A DNA stretch of 63,994 bases, counting the filler, from Jimgerdemannia flammicorona (Eukaryota): assembly GCA_003990765.1 (NCBI GenBank). It is 3 parts of 3 records of this genome, joined end to end, with 100 filler letters (N's around TTAATTAATTAA, not from the genome) between each part and the next. Parts side by side here need not be neighbours in the genome. Positions count along the whole stretch, not along the records: positions 42,987 to 63,994 come from RBNJ01001548.1; 2 more parts are not named here. One strand, written 5' to 3'. Made by a program: the position numbers and the translations under genes. The notes below the pieces were generated by a model, which searched no databases, was not told the origin of the DNA, and was given only the letters and a program-made list of their open reading frames with translations. Shown here piece by piece: positions 49,963 to 61,758 of the stretch (position 1 is its first letter; every line of letters starts with the position of its first letter).

Positions 49963-52740
49963 CTAAGTGATCTTGTAAAGAGTGTAGTTAAGAAGGATCC
50001 AGAGGGGGTTGACATATGTTCCAGATGCTGACCAAGTATGTTGGAAGATATTGGTCTCCAATATATCAGGGTCTGCCCACTGACTATAGAAGAGGGAGGT
50101 TGGGTGATTGTCTATGTAACAAACAGATCTAGATAGAGAGAGCCCCACTGGTGGAGGTGGTGAAATAAGGTAGGTTGAAGTTGTCAATTATTGGGGTTGA
50201 GTAGGTATAACTGAGAAGGTCTGTCTATATATTTTCTATCCTGAAGAGATATTTAGTAAAGAGGCAGATCTTCTTTATTATATATATATAATATATTTAG
50301 ATAGTAATATTATTCAGATAGTAGATTGAATCTCTTTATTTATTAATAAAGACTCTTATAGTTATGTTGTCTATATATATCAGAACTGTGTAGCCCTCTC
50401 AGAAATATTAATTGATCTGAATAGTAAAGAGTATTATCTTGAGCTCACAATAGTTAATAGAGGAGCTCTGTTCTGATGGGATTTATGAGCCCAGTGCCCA
50501 GTATAGTGCTCTATTTTTTGGTGAGACAATAACTTCAAAACCTCAATCCAGATTACTTATATCTATTTTGACTATAATCTCAAAGTATTTGATAAGAAGT
50601 GACTGACTGTTCTTCTCAAAAATTCATAGAACCACTAACTCAGATCTATTTAAACTATTAAGAAGATAGTCATGAGGTCATTCCAGTTGTTGTATAATGT
50701 CTGAAAAGTAGTCTAAATGTCTTAGATAAGAGTCCAGACCTGAAATCTAGCCAGAAAGACTACCTGTATTATAGAATTATAGAGGCTGACCAGTGAAGCT
50801 ATCTTATATATAAGAACTATAGTAGTCTGATAAAGTAGAGCTATGAGCTCTCTGTATATCTTACATATCTTATTCAGGAGAAGATATAGTTCTATCTTGA
50901 TAGTATTAATTAAGAATTTTAGAAATATCTTCTACTATATGAGTTCTCAATTATACTTTATAAGATAAAGAAGAAAGTCCAGTATTTCTAGATAGTTCTG
51001 AATAATCTACCTATAATGAATGGTCTTATCTCATAAGTAGGTCAAGAGATAAATATTATTGATATAGTAAGTGAGATAAATGCTATATTTCTATAGAGGT
51101 GCTAGAACTGCTGCCATTATCTTGATCTATATCTAAGGAGTAGATAATAGGCTGAAGGATATCACCTGAAATTTTCAATTGATTGACTGCTAGTAAAAGG
51201 TCAGAAGATGTTAATTAGTAGGATAAAGAGAAATGTAGAGATAGATATCCTTGATGTTAATCTTGATCAAGTAATTATTAGATCAGACTATATATTATAG
51301 AGTTTAAATTCCTTCTATCTTAAACTATAAATACTTTATAAACTTATTCAGTAAATATATATAGTATTTATTGACCTAAGAAATAGTGAGAAGAAGAGTT
51401 ATTTATTTAATAAAGTAGTATAGATGATATTCTTGTTCTGAAAATTCATAATAGTTATATTTACCAGAGCTTTTTTTATTATAGATATGCTCTTTTTATA
51501 GGAGAATCAGAGTTGATATCAGAGGGGAGTCAGGAGGTTCACCTATTTAATTCAGATCTTACCATAAGTAAATCAGTAATTTCAGATTCATCTAGACTGC
51601 CTTGGAAATCTAAGCCAGTCATACTCTTATCTTGATAATAATATTCATAATTTTAGAGATAACTGTGAATATCAGTTGAGTCCTCAGAAGTAGGTAGTAG
51701 AAATTAATATACCTTATTCTGAGACAGAGACTCAGTATAGAGCAGTAGCTACTCTGACATCTATTTCTCTGATCATGGCCCCCAGAGGAAGATAAACTAT
51801 AGTAAAAATAATTGCCCTAGCTATGAGATTTAGATGTATTCTTAATAGTAAGATAGTGTTTTTGATATTTAGTATTATTTTGAAAATGGTGGATAAATTT
51901 AGTACCAAAGAAGTTGTGGTTATATTTAAATCCAGAAGTCAGAATATAATATGCAAAGATGAGAGATAGAGACCAGTCAGTAGCTTTGGTAAATTTGATA
52001 CATCAATAGATCCAGATATACTCAGTCTCATAGAAACTGATCTGAAGAAAGTTTTGCAGTTTTTCCACTAGAGAGAGAATGACAGTATTATGAATAGTCA
52101 GTAATGATAGAGATCAGCTTCATTAGTCTATAGTTTAAGAATATGGAGAGTGATAGTAATGAGTCAGAGAGTGTTATAGATCACTCATTGAGTATCAGCA
52201 AGAATCTTGTCTGCTTTCTTAGCTATCTTGCTGAAATTATTAACAAAGGCATTATTGATAGAGAGGGTATAGAAAACCCCTCATCTTGGTTTGAGGTTGT
52301 AACAAAGAAGCTCTGGAAACTGGTAGTGGCAAGGTTTGCCTTGATATATTTATCTGGGATAATATTAGAGAATGTTGGGGGAATGTAATATCACCCAATA
52401 TCTCTGGTCTTGGCAGCAGTGAGGAACTCATTGTCACTGCTGTCAGAGTTATTATCATGGAGGTCCATTTCATCAGGGTTGTCCCCAGAGGTGGTGGGGG
52501 TGCTGGCATGCCCCCTGGGGTATTGCAGAAAGAGGGTGTTGATGATCCATTGTCACTCATACTCATTTGTGATCACTGGATCTGGTGGAGGAGGGTGGAG
52601 GCTGACCACAACAGCCTCCGTGACTTGTCAAAGGAACTCAGCACATTCGGTCAAAGCGGCCTGATCACGTTGTTGCTGTTGGAGTTGTTCATCATTCATA
52701 ACCAAATTGTGTCATAAGAAAAGGTGAACTGCCAAGCTTT
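49963..52740 (-). mobile_element. DIRS-like (tyrosine-recombinase class) retrotransposon remnant: gag-RT-RNaseH-methyltransferase-like domain; recombinase absent
   Basis: Decayed RT (KINIKDIYLYISL; YYINNI), RNaseH end (YLFRIENI*TDLLS, compare HLPGxENxxADLLS), and the DIRS MT-like segment DP..LETNIFQHTWS..GTYVNPLW. Confidence 0.78.
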
Positions 52741-53729
52741 CAAAACGGCTAAGGGACTCCGTTGAGATGTTCTTTTATTACTACCATGTTTTACATTAAA
52801 TGTCTCATATATATGTCTTAGACAGATGAAAATTCGTATGTATGCACCATGTTTAAGACAAAATAAAGCATGCCAACGCTTTCAGGATGGCAGAAACCAA
52901 CTCTGAAACGGTCCGGAACAAAGCGATGCTTAGTCAACACTTCATCAGATGTCGAGACTGAGTCATATCAACCATAAGTCTAGTCCGTCATTTTGGCGAT
53001 ACTCGGGACGTACATCGGATAGAGGAATTAAAAGACAGTGAAAATGAGCATGAAACAGTAACACCCCGCAGGATGCGAGAGCGTTTTTGCGGAATGCCTC
53101 TTAAACGAGACCTCGATATCCAAGCATTCAGCTGATCTTACTAATCATTGTATTGTCGTCACATCTCGAACCATTTCATGCACAAAATTATTCAAGGATG
53201 CTTATTATCGAAGCCTGTAATGATCGCATCTTTCATTCCCTATCGAACTGTCATTCCGCACTTTTCGCAAATTTTTTTGGTGTGATGCTGATATTTTAAT
53301 TGCAGGATTAGAAGTTTCAGACTTCATGCAATCCATTAATCCTGAAAATTCGATAACATCTGGCCAATATGCCGATGAGACGCTGATCCTGACAGTGGTT
53401 TGCAGCAGCATTAACGTAGTGTGTCTTGGCCCGTCGTTGTGACCTTCCTGTCGTCCCAGCATCTCCGCGGACCTCATTGATACCATGCAGTAAGTGCGTG
53501 CACTTCGCAAGCACTCAAAAAAGAAATGCGCCACCGTGATCGCCATCACCATGCTCATCCCACACAATGGGGCTCAACCCCACCATTTGAACTCGTTCCT
53601 GTCAATGCCATCAGCGTTCAAAATTCATCCTGTTGCGCACAATTTGTCTGGGCGTAAACCAACATTTTTTGGAGGCTTGCAATGACGTATCATGACGTGA
53701 CGGGGCTTTTTTTTTCTTTGCCGCGTGCC

Positions 53730-53970
53730 CCGCAATCGCCGCAATACTCGCCCCCAATACTCACACTTTCCTCTTTCCTTCCACATCGTATTCTCACTTC
53801 CACCCTTTCATATCGTTCGCCCCCGCAAAATATTCTTCTTTCCACATCGCTTGCCCCCACAAAGTATTCTCCCTCACATTATTTCCCTTCGCAAACTATT
53901 CTCCCTTCCGCATCAACTCCGCAAAGAATTCTTCCTTCCGCATCATTCCGCAAGGTATTCTTCCTTCTAC
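53730..53970 (+). repeat. Degenerate ~30-bp repeats with a CCGCAAxxxATTCT core
   Basis: Recurring CGCAAA(G/A/C)TATTCT(T/C)CC(C/T)TCC units, e.g. 53822, 53891, 53919, 53948. Confidence 0.55.
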
Positions 53971-54224
53971 CCTTCCATATTTTTCACCCCTGAAAGGCTT
54001 TCTTCCCTGCCCTCCCCCCAAAGATTTAAAATCTAGCCCTTTGAACTCTCGACACGTCACGCTCACTCGAACTCTCTCTATTCGCAAACTCACCGAAATC
54101 CAACACCCCCGACATTCACATCCGTCCGGCATCCACGTCACGGCATCCACATCCGTCCGCCATCAACATCCATCTTCACCTGCGATAGCCATTTAAGGTC
54201 AGGTTTCTTTATATCTATTGGAGG

Positions 54225-54820
54225 CTGGAGGTAGTTCAGGTGGAGGGTGTGGAGGTGGTTCGGGTGGAGGTGGAGGGTTTGGAGGTGGAGGAGGGCATGG
54301 AGGTGGTTGGGGTGGAGGGAGTGGAGGGTCAGGTTGGGGCGTGGGGGTGGGGGTTGGGTTGGGGCGTCGGGGTAGGGGTTGGGTTTGGGCGTAGGGGTAG
54401 GGGTTGGGTTGGGCATGGGGAGGTAGTGGAAGGCGTGAGGGTGGTGGAGAGTGTGGGGAGGTGGCGGAGGGCATGGGGAGGTGGTGGAGGGTGTGCGTGG
54501 GAAGGTAGGTGGAGGGCGTAGGAAGGTAGGTAGAGGGCGTGGAGAGGTAGTGGAGGATGTGGGAAGGTGGTGGAGGGCGTGGAGAAGAGGTGGAGGGCGT
54601 GGGAAGGTGGCGGAGGGCATGGGGAGGTGGTGGAGGGCGTGGGGAGGTAGTGGCGTGGGGATGGGGTTCGGGTTGGGAGGTAGTGAAAGGCGTGGGGTGG
54701 GATTTGGGTTGGGGTGTGGGGAGATGGTGGAGGGAGTGGGTGGGGTTTGGGTTGGGGCGTGGGGAGGTGGTGGAGGGCATGGAGTGGGGTTCGGGGTGGG
54801 GCGTGGGCGGTGGAGGTCAG
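54225..54820 (+). repeat. G-rich minisatellite / low-complexity tract
   Basis: Many ~21-bp variants of GGGGAGGTGGTGGAGGGCGTG interspersed with GGGTTG/GGGTAG runs. Confidence 0.85.
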
Positions 54821-55714
54821 CGGGAGTGAAAGCGCCGGGGTGGGATAGGGTCGGCGGGCGCTATAAAATACAGCTGGATACATTATTATTTCTATTTTAT
54901 CATTGTAATAAATTATTCAATGGACGTGGTTCAGGTGGACATGGTTCGGGTTGACGTAATTATATGGTTTTTGATATTACAGCGAGCGAGATTGTTATCG
55001 CAAGGAGAAGGAGAACGGCGGTCAAAACAGCCAACGAAGGCGTGGAGCCATAAGAACTATACAGCCGAAAATGGACGCAAATCTAGAGTTCGAAACAAAG
55101 TTCGCGACTGTGATAAACTTGAGGCCCACCAACGGCATGTAGCCTACGCCTGCGCATTAATCAAACCGTAAGCCCACCGCAACTCCGGCGGATACATCTG
55201 TCAAGCTAAGGAAGTCCGAAAAATCCTAAAAGTCCGAAACAACCTCCGAGACAACCACGATTTAAGCGGGAGTAACGGCACCCGTAATAACGACATCCGT
55301 AACAAACGACATATACGTTTATCCGGCTCTTACGACGCCGACTGGACTAGTGATATCAACGATCGACGCTATAACACGTTTTAAAACTGCGATGAGCAAA
55401 TGGAACTTTTTTGAACATTCACGTAACCTCTTATTGGTGATTAACCCGTTTACTTTCAACTCATTTCTTGCTTTATTTCTAAGTATATACAACGTAATTC
55501 CAAAATTTACACGTGACTTTTCAAACGGCGAAAAGCCTCCAGATATGCGGTATTACATTTCTTTGATTTTTCTTCTACCTGCTTATCAGTTATTTAGGTT
55601 ATACATGTTGGGATTTACAACTCGTTATTAATGTACGTCGATTCCAAATGTTGTCGACCACAAACCCAGTTCATGTAATCGAATACAACTGCCTCAACAC
55701 CACAAGCTTATCAC

Positions 55715-56150
55715 AATATGACACCTTTGTTCGTTGCCGTGGAAAAAAAGCATTCCCATATTATGAAGCTGCTTCTATGCAAACATCTCGAATAAATATT
55801 ATGATATACCATTGAGCAATGCTCTAAATCAAAGTTGTGACTCTGCTTCTAATTAGAAACAAATGCGGATACGAATCCTAAAAAACGATAATCATGAGAC
55901 GTCATTCCTCATGAGTGACGTAGTCTAGTCAGCGAGGAATATTCTGAAGCGGTACGCCGACGAAAGCGCCAAGGCTGTTTTGGTTGACTCATCACTGCAG
56001 CCAGCGACAAAGAAAGGGCATGTGGAGGTCGCGGAGATGCTTCTGTACACAGGTGCCGATGTTATTGGCTGGAGATTTTAAACAAACTCCACTGCACCTG
56101 GGTACAGTGTATAAACATATCGATGTTACAAAGCAAGGCCGACGACGTGA
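55715..56150 (+). pseudogene. Degenerate ankyrin repeats, convergent with the minus-strand ankyrin array
   Basis: MTPLFVAVEKKHSHIMKLLL; KGHVEVAEMLLYTGADV; QTPLHL. Confidence 0.65.
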
Positions 56151-56279
56151 ACGCACTGCACCGCGAGAACTTCACAAATGTATTAACAGACCCAACTGCA
56201 ATGTACATTATTAAACAATAAATGCTTTTATTGACCTCCTTGAGGAGAATGAAGAGAGCATTACAACAAATCGCATATT

Positions 56280-57066
56280 CTAAAAGGTCGCCCCAAACTC
56301 GGCCTCGAGCAAATCTGTGATCTCGACATGCCCGTTCTGCGTAGCGAAGTAGAGAGGCGTCCTCTGTAACCAGCTATCCCTAGCGTTGACGTCCACCCCG
56401 GACACGGCCACGAGCAACCTCACGACGTCGATATGCCCCTTCTCCACAGCGACGTGAAGCGGAGTATACCCCCTGTTTTCCTTGACGTTGACGTCTACCC
56501 CGAACTCGGCGACAAGCAACCTTACGACCTCGACGTGCCCATTCTCCGCAGCGAAGTGAAGGGGCGTCCATTCATCTATTTGCCTGGCGTTGGCATCCAC
56601 CTTGGAGTCAGCCAAGAGCACCTTTACTACCTCGATGTGCCCCTGCTTGAAGCCCAGTGAAGTGGCGTCCATCCGTCGTTGGTCTTGGCGTTGGCGTCCG
56701 CCTTGAGTCGGCCAAGAGCACCTTTACGACCTCGATGTGCCCGTTCTGCGCAGCGAAGTGAAGCGGCGTATTGCCAATCTTGGTCTTGGCATTGGCGTCG
56801 GCCAAAAGCACCTTTACGACCTCGACGTGCCCGTTGAAGGCAGCTCGGTGAAGCGGCGTCCATAAATAGTAATCCTTAGCGTTGGCGTCCGCCTTGGAGT
56901 GGGCCAAGAGCACCTTTACGACCTCGATGTGCCCCTTGCTTGAAGCCCAGTGAAGTGGCGTCCATCCGTCGTTGGTCTTGGCGTTGGCGTCCGCCTTGGT
57001 GTCGGCCAAGAGCAGTTTTACGACCTCGACGTTCCCATTCCACGCAGCAGTGTAAAGGGGTGTCAT
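56280..57066 (-). pseudogene. Ankyrin repeat array (about 8 repeats) with one internal frameshift near 56705
   Basis: Canonical TPLHxAAxNGHxEVVKxLL units in track ORFs 56608-57066 and 56280-56672; near-identical ~99-bp nucleotide units. Confidence 0.9.
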
Positions 57067-58706
57067 TCCATGATAATTTTTGGGATTGGGGTCCTGCCGA
57101 TCCTGTCCTGAACACTGACGTCACTGAGACCACTACAGAGTGATCTGACCCTTGCCACATCTCCACCGAATGCAAAGCGATGGATGAGTGGGAAAGAAAG
57201 ATCGAACTTGATCAAAAGTGGCGCCGTCTTGTTTCCTTCAATACCTTGAAGCCTTTGCTCCCAATAAGTCGCTTTCACCTCATCTCTTTCGACGCCTCTT
57301 CCCTTTCTATAACACATTACGATCTCGCTTTGCGCTTCTTTGCTGCCTGCCTCCGCAGTCTTCAAGCACAAATCAAATACCTTCTTCGGGTCTGGGCTAA
57401 CTCCGCACCTCCACTGATAACTCGCAGCAAGCGCTAACTGCGCCTCCAAATGTCCGTTGTTTGCAGCCTTAGTGCACCACTCGATTTGCTTGGCTAGATC
57501 ATTTGCAACACCAAATCCTACTCCGTAGCTGACTGCTTGCCTGGCAGGCTGCTCTTTCTCGGTTTTGGCGAATCTGTTCTTGCGCGTCTTGGTCGAGCCT
57601 GCTTCTGACTCGAGCGGTCTCGGGTGACGTTTTTGGACTACTGAGGGTTCTTTCTGGTACTCCCTCGTGGTTTGTGAGGCTATATGTACTCGCCTAGTGT
57701 TGGCAGCTAACTGCTCCACGTTTCGTTCCAGGTTAAGGTCCCTGGTCGTCCCTTTCCCTTTGCTGGCTAAGGCTTCGAGTCCTCTTGTCAAGGTTTCTTT
57801 TGTTTGCCATCTTTTTTGGGCTTCTTCGGCTAGGAAGAATTCTTCGCTGACATCCTCTGCGCCGTGCCAATCTCCTGTGTCTTTATCCTTTTCGACCCAT
57901 GTAACGAGTCGTTTGGTGATCTTGATATCGCAGGGGCTCCATTCGTACTTTCCGAGTATGTAGTCGAAGAAGAGGCCTTCGAGCGTTATGGTTGATGGGC
58001 ACCCGGGGTTCCTGGCGGCGGTCATGGTTTCGAAGTTGATTCCTTTGAATTCTCCTCCGAGTACGTTTGCGATATATTGCATGCTCTGATAGTTGTGGAT
58101 ACCTTTTCTGAGCATAATTCTGATTTTGCTGTAGGCGTTCTCCAAGAACTCGCCTACTTCTTCCGGTATCGGGGCATATTTGCTATCGAGGAAACCCATT
58201 CTTTCCTTGAAGGAGCGCTCCCAGAAGTTGCGGAAGCGGCTTGTTTGGGCTCCGGTGGAACTTGCCTTGGTTGAAGCTAGTTCGCGGGTTCGTTCTTTTA
58301 GTTCTTCAGTCGGGAGGTCTGGCTCCTGGTGTCCCCAATAGGTGTCCTGTTCTTGGGGAGGTTCTTGAATTATCGGCCGGACCGTGCTGGGGTCAATTTG
58401 TTGTTCCACCCAGATTTTTCCTTTGACTTTCGTACACTTGACAAAGTCCTGCGGGACAGCTCGTCCTTCAGACTGGCTATCTATTCGCGTAGGGCAGCTT
58501 CGCGTTCCATGGCTTCGCGTTCGCGGCGGAGGCTGCCTGCGGTGCGTGGCCTGCTTGAAGTAACTGATGTTGCGACGTACTGTTGAGCGGCGAGGGGGTC
58601 TTGACCTTCCATTTGAGCGGTTGTTGTTCGTAACTCTCGTTTCAATTCCTATGTCAAAATCTCTTGCTCCTCCGGACTGATTACAGGCGGGCTTACGGCT
58701 ATCCAC
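57063..58706 (-). CDS. Chimeric ORF: retroelement-derived N-terminal part fused to SEL1-like repeats and an ankyrin-like repeat
   Basis: Open for 547 codons. C-terminal ~150 aa show SEL1 motifs (KAANNGHLEAQLALA; EAQSEIVMCYRKGRGVERDEVKATYW). The nominal start is a GTG inside the putative PBS, so the true start is uncertain. Confidence 0.6.
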   Translation of the reverse strand: MDSRKPACNQSGGARDFDIGIETRVTNNNRSNGRSRPPRRSTVRRNISYFKQATHRRQPPPRTRSHGTRSCPTRIDSQSEGRAVPQDFVKCTKVKGKIWVEQQIDPSTVRPIIQEPPQEQDTYWGHQEPDLPTEELKERTRELASTKASSTGAQTSRFRNFWERSFKERMGFLDSKYAPIPEEVGEFLENAYSKIRIMLRKGIHNYQSMQYIANVLGGEFKGINFETMTAARNPGCPSTITLEGLFFDYILGKYEWSPCDIKITKRLVTWVEKDKDTGDWHGAEDVSEEFFLAEEAQKRWQTKETLTRGLEALASKGKGTTRDLNLERNVEQLAANTRRVHIASQTTREYQKEPSVVQKRHPRPLESEAGSTKTRKNRFAKTEKEQPARQAVSYGVGFGVANDLAKQIEWCTKAANNGHLEAQLALAASYQWRCGVSPDPKKVFDLCLKTAEAGSKEAQSEIVMCYRKGRGVERDEVKATYWEQRLQGIEGNKTAPLLIKFDLSFPLIHRFAFGGDVARVRSLCSGLSDVSVQDRIGRTPIPKIIME

Positions 58707-60125
58707 TTAGTGTTAGTATCGTTTGCTTGTACACTCGTCTCGAGGCTATGCCTTTAGATCTCACCGAGGCTATTATGCTTTAAGCAGTGAATAGAACCCC
58801 AGAAGATGCGACAAGGCAATCGTTATAGATTTATTGTAAGAGTTGTGTGTTTGAGTTAAGAATGATGTCTGGGGTTTGCGATTCACCCCAGTATTTATAC
58901 ATTTGCTGCTGACTATAAGACACGTAAGTCTGATTCGGTCCTATACTATTTCCAGATCTAATTTAGTAGGCCGCTCGCTCGCCAGGCGGTCTTCCTTTTT
59001 AGGCCGAGTCACTGTTGCGATTGACGACCAATCTTGCAGCAGCCAGAGCGCCTGTAACTGGAGGATTTCCTTGTTTACTACTTTGATTTCCTCCATCTTG
59101 ATCCGCGCGATAGTGCCTGCTGTTATCCCCTTCATCTTTTTCCAGAAGAGGTCGTCTACTCCTCGGAAGGCTTCATGGCATCTTCTTATCTTTGATGAAA
59201 TCGGCTTCTCCTTTCTTAGTTGTTTTGCCGACCGCTTCTCTTCCTTGCTTGATTGCCGTCATGATTTCCGTCATCGCGTGTACTCCTGCCATCTCTTCGG
59301 GTAGTCCTTCGGATTCGGAAATCTCCTTCGTTCTTCTTTCCCATTGCGCCCCTAGCTGCCTCCAACAATCGATGGCTTCACTGTGCTGGGCGTTGGCCTT
59401 GTCTTCGCACCAGATAGCCTTGTTGCAGAGGTAGGCTTCCTTACTCTCTTGTTCACTCTGCGCCACTTCTTCTGCGGTAGGCTCGTGCCAGTTGAGCGCC
59501 TGCCATACTTCGATTTGTTTTATGGCCTTGATGACTCGTTTCGCGCTATTGGAGAGTTCCGTTGTTTCTCCTTCCAGAACTTGCTCCACCGTTGGTAGTT
59601 CCTCTATCCCTAAGGGCGGATGGTGGATTGGTCCTTATTCCTAGATTATCCGCGTGCTCTAGGTGCGCTTCGAATAGTCCTAGCGCTCGTCACAAATGCA
59701 TGCCGGTGTTTCCTTTGCCGACCATGGATCTTCTTGCTTTGCTTGCCCTTTTCCTGTTGCCATACGCTGACGTCGTCTTGCCAGTTGGCCAGGGTTTCAT
59801 CGTACCACCTTCTTTTCCTATCGAGGGCGTTATTGCCTATATCTTGATTCCAGGCCGCTTTTCTGGTCTTCCCAGGCACGCCAACTTTCGTATCCAGTGC
59901 GGCGTCTAGGTTCTGTATGGTTTTGGCTTTCCGTCGTACTCTCCACCGTACCAGCGGGAGTTTTGCGTTTGCATTTTCTCCGGTTGGTCCTTGAGCTCTT
60001 GTAAGCGCTTTCCTTACTGGCCAGGTTGGGATCGTTGTGATACTACTGATGTTGATGCTCTTTTCAGGGCCTTTGCTGGCGTCCTTTATATCATCGTCAG
60101 TTGGCGGCGTTGGCGGCGTCGGGCA
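57530..60125 (-). mobile_element. LTR retrotransposon fragment E: U3 with ORF, TATA, poly(A) signal, LTR end, PBS-like TGG, gag-like start
   Basis: Minus strand: ORF remnants 59879-58941, GTATAAATAC (58900-58891), AATAAA (58835-58830), ...CTAACA end at 58711, TGG five bases later, ATG 58612 opening a coiled-coil-like frame. No pol and no second LTR. Confidence 0.65.
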
Positions 60126-60134
60126 GCCTCATAG

Positions 60135-60400
60135 GCCATAGCCTCCAGCATGACTGCTGTTCTTGTCATTAGGCTCAATAAGGTGTATGCTCACCGAAAG
60201 GAACCACCCTTCGGCGCTCTCGAGAGATTTAAGCGGATCGTACTTTCCGAGATGCCCATGAGATCGCCAGAGTGCCACGTAGTCGCGCCGCTGATCCTCC
60301 GTCAGGTCGATACCAATTCGTGAGAGTGCCCGGAACATGGCCACGCTGAAGGAGCAGAGCGCTGTAAAGATGCTCTTGGTTGACGGGCATGTCGTTGCTA
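60135..60400 (-). pseudogene. Fragment of an MpaB/rubber-oxygenase-like (DUF2236) gene
   Basis: PVNQEHL (frameshift) ALCSFSVAMFRALSRIGIDLTEDQRRDYVALWR..GHL matches my recollection of the family's PINQED...WRYIGHLLG core. Confidence 0.7.
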
Positions 60401-61229
60401 GTGGCGTATTCCTTGCCGCGTTGAAGCTTAACAATGTGCTTGCCTGCGCAGTTTCACAGACAATTCGTATTTCGACATTGTACTGTGCAAGTGAAACTGG
60501 ATATGTAGAGTAATCCATAGATGGGTCTTTTTACAAATATTTCATTGGTGCTGCTGATTTATGGAAATTTCCAAGTATAGTTTGCATTATCAATTGTTGT
60601 ATTCCATGCACACAATTTGCGTGAGGATGCTCACAGCGCAGGGATTTCATATGCCGCCCGCGGCTCATTCAATATTGTGACGTCAATGTGCGGATTCACA
60701 CGCAATATCTGCTTGCAAAACATCTAAAACATCTGTAACCGTTCCCACAGTTGCCGTGCAGAAGCTCTCAGTGCAATCAGAAGTTGTCAAGATCACCATA
60801 TTGCATGATAGAGTGGGTCAGAGGGTTGGTGACGACACCAATCCAAAACAAGCAATACCAGTGGATCAGCCGCGCAAAAATCGAATAATGTCAGATCGAG
60901 CAGCAATATAAATGCAACTTGTGCAAGCATATTCTTGGCTTTTATTCATGAATTTTTAACCACATTCCGCTGTGGATTATTATGTGAAAAATTTATTTTG
61001 TTTAAATTCATCCATCACGAGACTGACACGTGCGGAACTATTCATTTGATGACATCATTGCCCCGTGACGAAATGCAAGACCACGTGCCAAATCTATCGC
61101 TATTATAGCCAATCACAATTTTAAAATGACGTTACAACCAATCGTATTTTCGGCAGGCAATATCTTTCTAGTGAAAAATGCCCCTCTCGGAAAAGACCCA
61201 AAGAAAATGAAATTGAACTACTGCTAAAT

Positions 61230-61501
61230 ATGGCGCTGCCAATGTCGAGTCGGTTACATGCTTGCAGTCCGGGCTGGTGTAGAAGGCGACAATGGCTGAG
61301 GTACGGCATCGGGAAGCTTTGTGAAGTTAGCATCGGTACCGCGGAGGCATGTGTTGAGGTTCAAGTTGACGGTGGCGTTAGCGCCAGTAGAGTCCTCCAC
61401 GACGACGCCTTTGTAACTGAAGGTGAGAGTGTGACACTCGGCGTTTGCGCGGCTGCGAGGGACAGGCAACAGAGGAGAATGGCGAAGACACGGACGTTCA
61501 T
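61230..61501 (-). pseudogene. Small secreted Cys-containing protein, frameshifted
   Basis: TATATAA at about 61580; ATG 61501 gives the signal peptide MNVRVFAILLCCLSLAAA; the mature-like part continues in other frames (AECHTLTF...NTCL...AIVAFYTSPDCK). Confidence 0.55.
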
Positions 61502-61660
61502 TGTTGTGGTAAGAATTGATGCTTAATGTTTGGTGCTTGATTCTTGATATCGATTTACAGCGACATTGACGCTCTCTTATATACATGTGCTGTGCTGTGA
61601 GTCAAGGTGGACTTTTTTTATTTTTATTTTTGTTCAACGACATGCCCTTCGTACGATGAC

Positions 61661-61758
61661 CTGTATGCACACATGTAAATGTCTAACCCATTCACGGAAT
61701 GTTGAATGTCTGTATGCACACATGTAAACGTCTAACCCATTCACGGAATGTTGAATGT
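61661..61758. repeat. 49-bp tandem duplication
   Basis: CTGTATGCACACATGTAAA(T/C)GTCTAACCCATTCACGGAATGTTGAATGT twice. Confidence 0.9.

Noticed and set aside
49963..50187. NPPW-like motif suggesting a bacterial adenine methyltransferase transfer
   Set aside because: It follows RT and RNaseH in the order expected for the MT-like domain of DIRS elements.
54138..54954. Proline-rich, extensin-like ORFs
   Set aside because: Nearly all frames are open because of the G/C-rich minisatellite; no signal peptide or preferred frame.
56590..57060. Regularly spaced direct repeats resembling a CRISPR array
   Set aside because: The ~99-bp period encodes ankyrin repeats; the intervening parts are homologous, not unique spacers.
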